The notes beneath the pieces were generated by a model. It worked only from the letters and a program-made list of their open reading frames with translations, was not told the origin of the DNA and did not search any database. A stretch of DNA of 64,000 bases from Octopus sinensis (taxonomy: Eukaryota): NCBI RefSeq assembly GCF_006345805.1, contig NC_043006.1, positions 46,624,001 through 46,688,000 on the forward strand, written 5' to 3'. The translations under genes and the position numbers were made by a program. This document shows positions 52,801 to 64,000 of the stretch, in pieces (the stretch's first letter is position 1; each line of letters begins with the position of its first letter).

Positions 52801-53169
52801 TGAGAGAGTATGCATTGAATAGGAATAAGAAAGAAATATTTAGCTATTGGTTGGATAAGATTACAAGAAAGCCTGCAGTAGTGTTCTACACTGCTGGCTC
52901 TTGCGTTGATTGATGACAGAAGGAGTCAATGAGAAGATTGCAGGAAGTAGAAATAAACTGCAGAAATGCATTAGGAAATGTGAAAATTCCCATGAGTTTC
53001 ATTCCAGGGAATCGTGCTTTCTACATTACTTTTCGTCATTGCATTCATTCTTCTAACAAGAAGACTAAGAAATACAGGTCTGCCTCTGCCATTACGAAAA
53101 CGCGAATGAAAATAAATCACCTCCTATATTTATATATATGATTTCAGAGAGTATAGGAACAAAGAAAAA

Positions 53170-54500
53170 GAAGCTGTGAGTAAGAATATTTAGTAAGGGC
53201 ATCGGCCTGCTGTTTGGAGGAAATAAATATGCAGCCTCATTTATGAAGAGAAGACTCAACATTAAATCTGATGGTATAAAATTACCATCAGATGTTATGA
53301 GATCGTTGAGAAATAGTGAAGGATACAAGTCATACATGTACCTAGAGGTTCTACAGGATGATTGAGTAAGGTAACACGAAATGAGAAAAACTCGAAACGT
53401 TAGATGAATTAGGAAAAAAGCCGGAGCAACTAACTTGAGAGAATATTAATTAAGCAATGTATACAACGGCCATATCAACATTAAGACACTCTGCTGCTTT
53501 TCCAAAATGGACAATGACCAAATTACAGGAATTAGACGTACGAGGAAGCTGCTCACTTTTCACAACGAGCACCACTCTTAAAGGAACATAATTAAGCTCT
53601 AAATACCAATGAAAGCAGGTAACGGAAGATTTTAAACGATGAAGATACCATTAATACTGATATAATGGGTTTGGAAATTATTTATATATTATGAAGAGAG
53701 AAAATTATCTGCGACTATGAATTACCAAAATGTTAGTGAAATAGGAATTGAATTGAAGAAGGTTTTGACAAATAGCTGGAAAGACAAGGGATTACATAGC
53801 CAATTCATAAAGCAAATTGAAGGGATTGTTGATCATTTGATGCTAGTAGCAAATAGCGCTGGTTTTAGTTCACAAATGAAAACCTCAAAGAAAAACTAAA
53901 TAGCTAATTATAGCTGATAGGAGAGAAAATAGAAGAACGAATTTGATTAGTGAGATACGGAATCTTTGAAAATGGAGACAAACGTAGTAACCGTCTCTTA
54001 AGTGAATGATGTAAGCTAGCACAAAGTGAATACAAGCAAAGGCATGACTGTGTCGGTAAGTATGTATTCTGGGAAATTAGACAAATGATTGATTTAAAAC
54101 TGTCCGAGAATGGTATGAATATGATCTAGAGTCTTCGATGATGAATAATAATTTCAGAACTATATTTATGTCTTCATAAAGACTGACCATTCTGCAGAAG
54201 CAAGGAGAAGATATATGAATTGTTGAAGAGAAATATAAAACAGACAGCGTACCATCATAATCATTGCGATGCTGTATGATTATATACTGAATACCAGGGA
54301 AATGAAGAAGCTGGAGGGGTACCGGGACCTAGCTGGAGAATTGGAAACATTATGGAAGACTGAGAGGACAATTGTTACTATGGTAGTTGGTGCATTTGGC
54401 ACAACACCCAAACTGCAACATAAGAGGCTGGAAGATACTGAAAGTGAGGAGCGTATGTTGGCGACAGAGGCAGCATTAATACCGAGAGCTTGTATGTATT
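53170..54500 (+). mobile_element. Old R4/Dong-clade LINE remnant
   Basis: SDGIKLPS...YMYLEVL (cf. YKYLG), WKDKGLHSQF, RHDCVGKYVFWE and KKLEGYRDLAGELETLWK...VVGAFG in colinear order with many stops. Confidence 0.75.
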
Positions 54501-54573
54501 CTCACATTAACATGGTTGTTCTGTTAGAACAAAATTTACCACAGTATATACCGTGTCAGAAATTCTCATATAG

Positions 54574-54845
54574 GAAGGCGGCGCGCTGGCAGAAGCGTTA
54601 GCGTGTCGGGCGAAATGCTAAACTCCCCTCTATGTTTAGCCCCTTGTGGGTAATAAAGAAATAGGTATTTCGTCTGCCGCTACGTTCTGAGTCCAAATTC
54701 CGCCGAGGTCGACTTTGCCTTTCATGGTCAATTAAATAAGTACCAGTTACGCACGGGGGTCGATATAATCGACTTAATCCGTTTGTCTGTCCTTGTTTGT
54801 CCCCTCTCTGTGTAGCCCCTTGTGGGCAATGAAGAAATAAGAAAC
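54574..54845 (+). mobile_element. Internally deleted multimeric family-B SINE
   Basis: Head, deletion, AAGAAATAG|GTATTTCG junction, one unit, ends at the type-2 junction AAATAAGAAAC. Confidence 0.8.
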
Positions 54846-55414
54846 TCTTATATAGGTTTTTGGTGCAGAATGCAGCTGGGAGATAACTCCCCATCAACTC
54901 CAGTGCCGAGACCACCAGATCACGAGATTTCGAGCTCTTTTGATCACGTCGGTGATGGACTTTCGACCGCAAGAGATAGCAGCGACTCATCTCCCCGCTA
55001 GGAATATATAGAAAATCAGTACCAGAACAGGTACTGGTGTCGCAACCAAAGATCAGACAACGGCGTTAAATCTGATAATCACTTGATTTAGAATGTAGCA
55101 CTAAATCTATGCTATTATAGCAAACAAGGTTTTTGTTTTTTACAATGCAGGATTAGATTAGCAAAAAATGCATCAAGTGCAATCAGCTTAATCGGAAAGC
55201 TTAAAAGTTTGCAGCGTTTTCACGGATTGAATTTCTACTGTTTGGAACGAAAGCAGGAAAAAAACATGGCGTCATATATGCGCGTGTGCATGTGCGTGTG
55301 TTTGTGTTTGTGTATATGTGTGTGTGTTTGTGTGTGTGCGTGTGTGTGTTTGTATGTATTCATGTATTATTCTAGAAAAGAAGAATGGGGAAGTGAATTT
55401 TACTTTTTACAGTC

Positions 55415-55750
55415 ATTGAACTATGACCATGCTGGAGTGCTGCCTATGAGGGTTTACTCGAAGAAATACTGCCTAATACAAATATTGTTAAAGCCTGCTA
55501 CTTAATCTATAGGAATGTTTTTTTGTCGAACCGCTATGTTACATGGACGTAAACAAAGAAAGACCTGTTGGCAAACAAAGGTGGGGATGAACACACACAC
55601 ACACACATATATATATACTCGGCGTTCTTTCCTTTTCCGTCAACCACATTTACTCGCAACGCCGAGGTCGATACGAAGCTATGGTCGCAGGGAAATGAAC
55701 CCGGAACCATGTGGATGGGAAGTAAACATCTTACCCCATATTCACATTGA
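55415..55750 (-). mobile_element. Decayed family-A SINE
   Basis: Partial homology (CCGAACCGCTA.GTTAC, GAACCCGGAACCATGTGG). Confidence 0.6.
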
Positions 55751-56320
55751 AAACCCATTCCACATTCTCTAAGCTACGCTCATAAGGAACATATAATGTT
55801 ATATTTACATTTGAAACATCCTCATTTTTACCACAGAATACATACAGTACGATAAAACGTGACCAAAATTTTGCATTAGACATTTAGGAGGCAGAGACAT
55901 ACATTTCTTACGGAGGTATGCATCCAACCATCTGAACAGCGATTCAACTAAAGCAGAACAACTTCTAACAACTCTTTTGATCCATCAACTAACGATGGCA
56001 TGTTCACTAATAAAGTAAGGAAAATTAGTAGCCTCCTAGATGTTCACATTCTTTATATCAAAGTCATAGCAAAACGGTTCAAATACCGCAGAAGTGCATC
56101 TAACAACTCTTTGATGCGCCCACCAATTAACGATGCAACGTGCATTTATAAAGTAAGGAACATTACTGGCCTGTTAGATATGCGCATGTTTGAAGTGAAA
56201 ACCAGAATAAAAAAAAAAAACGTGAAACGCGGTAATCCAGTATAGACCTTGCCTTAAGCAAAACTAAAGCAAGATGTATGCAAAGACACACAAGTATACG
56301 TCTAATATTTATTAGTCGTA

Positions 56321-57640
56321 GGGCGGCGAGCTGGCACAGATTTTAGCACACTGGGCGACGTTCTGAGTTCAAATTACGCCTATGTCGACTTTGCCATTCA
56401 TCCTTCGGGATCGATTAAATAAGTACCAGTTACGCACTGGGGTTTGTGTAATCGACTTAATCCATTTGCCTGTCCTTGTTTGTCCACTCTATGTTGAGCT
56501 CCCTGTGGGCAATAAAGAAATAAATATTCATTAATCATAAGTTGGTGAGCTGGCAGAAACATTAGCACGCCGGGCGAAATGCTTAGTATTTCGTCTGCCG
56601 TTAAGTTCTGAGTTCAAATTCCGACAAGGTCGACTTAGCCTTTCATCCGTTCGAAGTCGATAAATTAAGTACCAGTTACGCACTGGGGTAGATGTAATCG
56701 GCTTAATCTGTTTGTCTTTCCTTGTTTGACCCCTCTTTGTTTAGCCCATTGTGAGCAATAAAGAAATAAGAAACTTTAGCATGTCGAGCGAAATGCTTAG
56801 CAGTATTTCGTTTGCCGTTAGGTGCTGAGTTCAAATTCCGCCGAAGTCGACTTTACTTTTCTTCCTTTCGGGATCGATAAATTAAGAACCAGTTGCGCAC
56901 TGGGATTAGATAATCGACAAGCCCCCGCCCCCAAAATTTCGGGCCTTGTGTCTAGAGTAGAAAAGAATATTTATTAATCAGTGAATGACGTGCAGGAAGA
57001 ATTGTTACAGGGTCTAGCAGAATTCATTGTGTCATTTCGCCTGTTTTTCCGTTCGACCACCGGAGTCGGCCTTGCCCCTTATTCTTTCGGAATCGATAAA
57101 ATATGTGGCAGTTGAGTACTTGGGTCGATATAATCAACTAGCCTCTTCTCTAAAATTTCAGGCATTGTGTATAGAGTAGAAAATATTATTTAATAGTCAG
57201 CAGAAACGTTTGCACGCTCGGTAAAATGCCAAACGGCATTTCGTCCGTCTATTCGTTCTGGGTTCAAATTTCACTGAAGTCTAATTTGCCTTTCATTCTT
57301 TCGAGGTCGACAAAATAAGTAGGAGTCTAAAACTGTGGACGATGTAATGAACCGCACTCTCTCTCGGCAAAGACTTTTGGCCATATGTCAATATTTTAAG
57401 TCATTATTTATTAATCACCCAAATATCGCGAACTTTCAAATTCGCTTGATCATCTGAAGATATGTTTTGACGTATTTCTGTCTGGACCTTTATGACCCGA
57501 GTTCAAATCCCACTGACGTCAGTATTTTGTTTCATTCTTTCAGGGTCAATAATATATAGTACCTAACACGTACTGTAGTCGATGGTATCAAATAACCCTC
57601 TCGCTTCAAATTTGCTGGCATCGAGCCTAAATCAGAAACA
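56321..57640 (+). mobile_element. Same-orientation cluster of about 6 family-B SINE units, including a clean dimer at ~56545-56970
   Basis: Repeated heads, B-boxes and CCAAAATTTC(G/A)GGC tails, with increasing decay rightwards. Confidence 0.8.
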
Positions 57641-57989
57641 ATTAATTATTATTCACGCACAGATTATTCGAATACTAGTATACTAATTGGAAACATGAGG
57701 TTAACCAATTAATTTTGCGATAATTAGTTTCGCGATAGAATTTGCCATTGTTTGATTAGAATTATTCATGTGTTAAGGGAATTAATGTTTACTCTGAGTA
57801 AGGAAGCTGTGTGAAGATTAATCTCCTTCTATTATATATTTACACAAGCGACACATTCATTTGTACAAATATCTACCGTAAACTGTGATTTTCAAATCGC
57901 GAATAAATATGCATATCATTCGTCCTATATAAGCATGAGCACACATGTATGTTCATACATGCATGCACATACACACACGCAGACATATA

Positions 57990-58023
<34 letters not shown>

Positions 58024-58028
58024 CATAC

Positions 58029-58525
<497 letters not shown>

Positions 58526-58679
58526 CATATATATACACATGCACTCACATACACATATACGCCTGCATGCAAAATGTTATCCACAGAGAGAACTATACAC
58601 TTAATTTGTACTTATAAATTTAGATGCGTATAATGTTATTTAGATTCAAACACATGCCTACACATAATAATTATTTTAA

Positions 58680-59108
58680 TTTTTGGCCACAGGACAGCTT
58701 AGGGGTGGTGGAGATGAATCATTTACATGAGACGGTACTTATGTCTTTGACCTCGAAATGATGAAAGGCAAATTCGACCACGGCGGTATTTGAACCCAAA
58801 ACGTAGCGGCAGACGAAATACCGCTTAGCATTTCGTCCAGCGTGCTAACGATTCTGCCAGCTCGCCGCCTTACAAACTCAAACACATACAATAATCTTTC
58901 GTACTTTAGGCACAGGGCCCGAAATTTTGGGGGAGCGGGCCAGTCGATTTGATCGACCCAAATACGAAACTGGCATTTAATTTATCGACCTCGAAATGGA
59001 GAAAGCTAAAGTCGATCTCGGCGGAATTTGAACTCAGAACGTAAAGACAGACGAAATACAGCTAAGCATTTCGCCTGGCGTGCCTACGATTCTGTCAGCT
59101 CGCCGCCT
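58680..59108 (-). mobile_element. Two tandem family-B SINE monomers
   Basis: Two GGCGGCGAGCTG(G/A)CAGAATCGT heads on the minus strand. Confidence 0.8.
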
Positions 59109-61488
59109 TACAAACGCAAACGCATACAATATGGAACGGTACATTCCTTCAGATATATCCGTATATGTATGTGAATCTGAAACATTGGTTTCACAATAGT
59201 TCATGACCACACTCCATATGAAACTGCCCTTCAGTACTAATATACTTCAAAATAACCTTACTTTCTATAACTAAACAGAATGTCTTACAGTGAAAAATTG
59301 CAATTCTCACCGTTCTAAATTTAATTGTCACTGGGAAAGCTGTCGTTCTCATTTTAAAACTTATTTCTTAGAGTGAGATATGACATTTTCACTATGAAAA
59401 ATGAAACCGAAGAAATGGAAGACTATATATATAGTAGCGTATATATATGTAAATCTGAACGTGTTCGTATTTGTATATATTTTTGCATATTTGCTCGTGC
59501 ATGCATATATATTTGTGTTATACTATGTGTATGTGTGTCCTTGTTGATGTGTGCATACAGGTATACAATGTTTACAAACGGTATCATTAATATGAGATGG
59601 CGTATCTGTAAATGCCTGCCAGCGACTGTGAGATAAGATAACTGATAGCTGTGTTAGCCAAGTAAATAACAACATATTTGGAAACCTTCACTAATTGCTG
59701 TATCAGAAGCCATCAGTAATGATGGCTTTAACCAAGCATAATTTCTTCCCTACAGTGGTACATGCGCTGGTTCATATAACATCCAGATGTGTTTGATAGG
59801 GACAGCAATTATGTTTATCTAGTCGGAAATTAATAATCATGGAGCCGGTGAACATGACTATTTCTGAGAGAAAAATAAAACCCCGAAAAACAAAAAAAAA
59901 AAATGTAAAGGTTTGTGTTGTAAGATTAGAAACGATGAACTTAAAAATAACACTATAAAGGGAGGTAATCGTGTGATTTCTTGGTGAGTGTTGGTATTTC
60001 CGTTAGCAATAAACTTTCCTCAGCTTCATTAGATTTAAAACATACGCTACTTACGCATATTATACGGACACCGCAAATATTTGATCTCCGGAAAGCATGG
60101 TATTAATATTTGTCAAATTTTTAGTCTGATTCGCTGCCAACTTTATAGATGCCACGCAGCGAATATCAGTCTGCGCATCGCCCTTGATTACAGCTTGGTA
60201 AGAAAATGGGCTGTGGTGAAACGTGTCTCACGAAAAACGCCTACATAAATTCGCTTCCGTTTTCATTGTTGTCACCGTGAGAGTGGTGACGTTATTATCT
60301 GCTGAAGTGTGTCTCACTGTGTCACAACAATACTAATTTGGTGAGAAAAACATATTCCTGACTAGCTGAAATTTTTACTAAAAAGTGGTAAAGTAATCTC
60401 TGCTGTTTACTTATATATTCCTTGCGGCAAGGCTTGACGGTTAAGCGACTGTATAGTAACATGCGATGAAGACATTAGCAAATCTTAAAGGACTAATTCC
60501 TCTTATATTCATACAAGAGAGAGAGAGATAACAGTCAGTAAACTCGTAATAAATTTCCAGTTTTGATTCAACTGTCGATCGATCGGATCCTGACACAGAG
60601 AATCTTAATCAGTTCCACTGACTAGCGAAAGAAATCGCTACTGACAGTCATGTACTTGTTTCGCGAGGTCCTAAGTTGCAAGCGCACGCTCAAGGACACG
60701 AGAAAGTATGAAGGACGGGATACTTACGAACGTGCACGGATTGCAACAAGAAATTCTACAAAGTCGAATAGAAGGGTGAAGAACATTATGCATTATTTAA
60801 AGACCAAGTTGAAAATTCATGAAAAAAACAACCCAAAACATGCAAATATTTACACAGAATGAATAGAAGATAATACAAAAATGACTTAATCAAAATATGT
60901 ATGTCCGTCCTACATAGGCCATACCAGTATGCGCTGTATCGTAATGATGATGACAATCCAAGAGTCAATAGTTATATCAGTATCTTTTGGTCTTATGAGT
61001 CTCGACTAGTTCACTTGCTTCTAGTTTTACCCTCGTTCTTAGCGACATGGCACATATTTCCATCGCTTTTGTCTGAAAAACAGGCATATGTCAATCCCCA
61101 CTCACGTTTCTGGAAAAAATTCCTTCTTTCATCGTGAAAAAGAGAGGGAGAAGGAGACGAAGAAAAAATGCGTGATTTCCCATTTTCTAATATTAGTTTC
61201 AAATTTCGGCACAGCGCCATCAATTTTGGGGGCGAGGTAAGTGCGCCACTGGTATTTATTTGATAGAGCCAGAAAGAATGAAAGGCAAAAACGATCTGGG
61301 ATATATTTGAACTGAGGACGAAAAGACGGACGAAATGCCGCTAACTGATGACGATTCTGTCAGTTCGCGCTGATGCTGATTTCTATTAACGGTTTCAAAT
61401 TTCGACAAAAGGACAGCAATTTCGGAGATGAGGCCAAGTTGATTACATCGCCATCAGTGCTCAACTGGTTCTTATTTTATCGACCAAG

Positions 61489-61799
61489 AATAATGATGTT
61501 CCTTCTCGAGCCACGCCTGGCTCATAAGGGACGGTTTCCTGGTTACTTTGGCGTATAGGTTCCCCACCTGAACGGGACGCCGTTCCGTCGCAGGTGTGCT
61601 GCAAGATGCAGGAGGAAAGAATGAAAGAAAGTTGTGGCGAAAGAGTCAGCAGAAGTTTGCCATTACCTTCTACCGGAACCTCGTAGAGCTTAGGTGTTCC
61701 GCTCATAAAAACACACATCGCCCAGTCTGAGATTCGAACCCTCCCTCGATCCCTCGACCGTGAGTTTGCTGCTCTAACCACTAGGCAATGTGCCTCCAC
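61489..61799 (-). mobile_element. Family-C SINE (alternative tail) nested in a family-B SINE, 10-bp TSD
   Basis: ATCGACCAAG at 61479-61488 and 61800-61809; the host family-B sequence resumes on both sides. Confidence 0.85.
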
Positions 61800-61954
61800 A
61801 TCGACCAAGGAAGAAAATTTTGATCTCAACGGAATTTGAACTCAGAACGTAAATGGGGAATAATGCCACTAAGTATTTCGTCCGGCGTGCTCACAATTCT
61901 GTTAACATGCTGCCTTAAATATTGATTCCTAATAATTATTTCAAATTTTTGCCA

Positions 61955-63000
61955 AAAGAGCAGCTTTGCGGAGGTGGGGATGAGCCGATTACATCGACCC
62001 AAGTGTTTAACTGTTACTTATTTTATCGAACCCGAAAAGAAGAAGGACAAAGTTGACCTCGGTGGAATTTGAACACAACGTAGCGTCGGGCGAAATACCG
62101 CTAAGTATTTCAAACAGCGCGCTAAAGATTCTTATTTGTTTATTGCCCACAATGGGCTAAATATAGTGGGTACAACCAAGGACAGACAAAGTCAACCTCG
62201 GCGGAATTTGAACTAGCGACGGGCGAAATACCTATTTCTTTACTACTCACAAGGGGCTAAATACAGAGGACAAACAAGGACAGACAAACGGATTAAGTCG
62301 ATTATGTCGACCCCAGTGTGTAACTGGTACTTATTTAATCGACTACGAAAGGATGAAAGACAAATTTGACCTCGGCGGAATTTGAACTCAGAACGTAGCG
62401 GCGGATGAAATACCTATTTCTTTATTACCCACAAGGGGCTGAACATAGAGGGGACAAACAAGGACAGACATAGGTATTAAGTCGATTACATCGACCCCAG
62501 TGCGTAACTGGTACTTAATTTATCGACCACGAAAGGATGAAAGGCAAAGTCGGCCTCGGTGGAATTTGAACTCACAACGTAACGACAGACGAAATACCTA
62601 TTTCTTTACTACCCACAAGGGGCTACACACAAGGACAGACAAACGGATTAAGTCCATTATATCGACCTCAGTGCGTAACTGGTACTTATTTAATCGACTC
62701 CGAAAGGATGAAAGGCAAAGTTGACCTCGGCGGAATTTGAACTCAGAACGTAGCGAAAGACAAAATACCTATTTCTTTATTACCCACGAGGGGCTAAACA
62801 CAGAGAGGACAAACAAGGACAGACAAACGGATTAAGTCGATTATATCGACCCCAGTGCGTAACTGGTACTTATTTAATCGACTCCGAAAGGATGAAAGGC
62901 AAAGTTGACCTCGGCGGAATTTGAACTCAGAACGTAGCGAAAGACAAAATACCGCTAAGCATTTCGCCTGGCGCGCTAACGTTTCTGCCAGCTCACCGCC
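61955..63000 (-). mobile_element. Longest multimeric family-B SINE: head + four ~184-bp units + deleted unit + terminal unit
   Basis: Type-1 junctions at ~62231, 62413, 62597 and 62768; type-2 junction at ~62131. Confidence 0.88.
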
Positions 63001-63739
63001 TTAAAGTGATTCCTAATCATACCAACAAAACAATAATAAGTGAATCGCCACAAATAATAAGTTCGTCATTTAAAAAAATAATCAATCATCTTCAATAAAT
63101 TGTAAGAAAATTTCAATAAATATGAAGAGTAGCCAAATTGAAATGGCAACAATATATACGAGTACATAATCCATTAGCTTATTTTTATTATAAATTGTTG
63201 GTGCTATTTACCATCGCGTGTAAACATCATTATCGAAAAAGAAATCAAATGCAACCGTAAAAAAATGAAAGTCAAGAAAATAGGACAAAGCAATATAAAC
63301 ATACAACTTATCGTTCTATCTTTTAATAAATTATAAAAATAACTGCAAAGAACAGGGAGTGCATTTTACCGCATTGAGAAGAATATCGAAGATTTTTGTA
63401 CGTGATAAAAATGGAGATAAAAATAGGGTAGGAATTTCTTCCGCAAGATGTGCAAGTAACAAGTACAGTTTGAAGTGTGTATGTCATATCGGAATGATGC
63501 TTCCAAACCACAATTCATTGCGCAGAATGCGAACTATAGAATACAGATATTCGAAAGTATATATATACGTACGAATTTCGAAACAATATGTATTCATACC
63601 TATATAGATGCATGCTTATTTACATACATAAGTGCAAGTATACGTACATACTTACATACTTACGTACATACATAATACATGCATACATACATACACAGAT
63701 GCATACATGCACACATACATACATGCATACATACATTCA

Positions 63740-64000
63740 TGCATACGTAAGTACATACGTACATATATACATACATGCATACGTCCGTACATACGTACAT
63801 ATATACATACATGCATACGTCCGTACATACGTACATATATACATACATGCATACGTCCGTACATACGTACATATATACATACATGCATACGTACGTACAT
63901 ACGTACATATATACATACATGCATATGTACGTACATGCGTACATATATACATACATGCATACGTACGTACATACGTACATATATACATACATGCATACGT
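63740..64000. repeat. 36-bp minisatellite (~7 copies) built from TACA/TA/TGCA motifs
   Basis: GTACATATATACATACATGCATACGTCCGTACATAC at 63759, 63795 and onward. Confidence 0.9.

Noticed and set aside
61955-63000. Regularly spaced ~184-bp repeats as a CRISPR array
   Set aside because: No unique spacers, the whole unit is repeated, no cas genes, and the context is a eukaryotic SINE.

Overview
AT-rich eukaryotic DNA dominated by repeats. The SINE, LINE and microsatellite landscape looks like an octopus (coleoid cephalopod) genome; this is inferred from recognising repeat families, not from a search. No intact protein-coding gene, RNA gene or CRISPR array is supportable, and most ORF-track calls are microsatellite artefacts or antisense to transposons. 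Supported content: at least four tRNA-derived SINE families (about 30 copies or fragments); R4/Dong-type non-LTR retrotransposons (two young 5'-truncated copies inside (TAA)n, two old decayed copies); a CR1/L2-type ORF2 fragment; three mariner transposase remnants; Penelope-like terminal-repeat fragments with hammerhead-like cores; a 491-bp tandem duplication; and many microsatellites. Three leads stand out. (1) An 880-bp Penelope-derived mini-element (26653-27532) has two minimal hammerhead motifs 687 nt apart, a retrozyme-like layout. (2) A SINE family builds head + n x ~184-bp unit arrays with the same two junctions at independent loci. (3) A near-perfect 43-bp-arm hairpin lies at 10823-10925. 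Scattered minus-strand exon candidates may belong to a host gene but are close to chance level.
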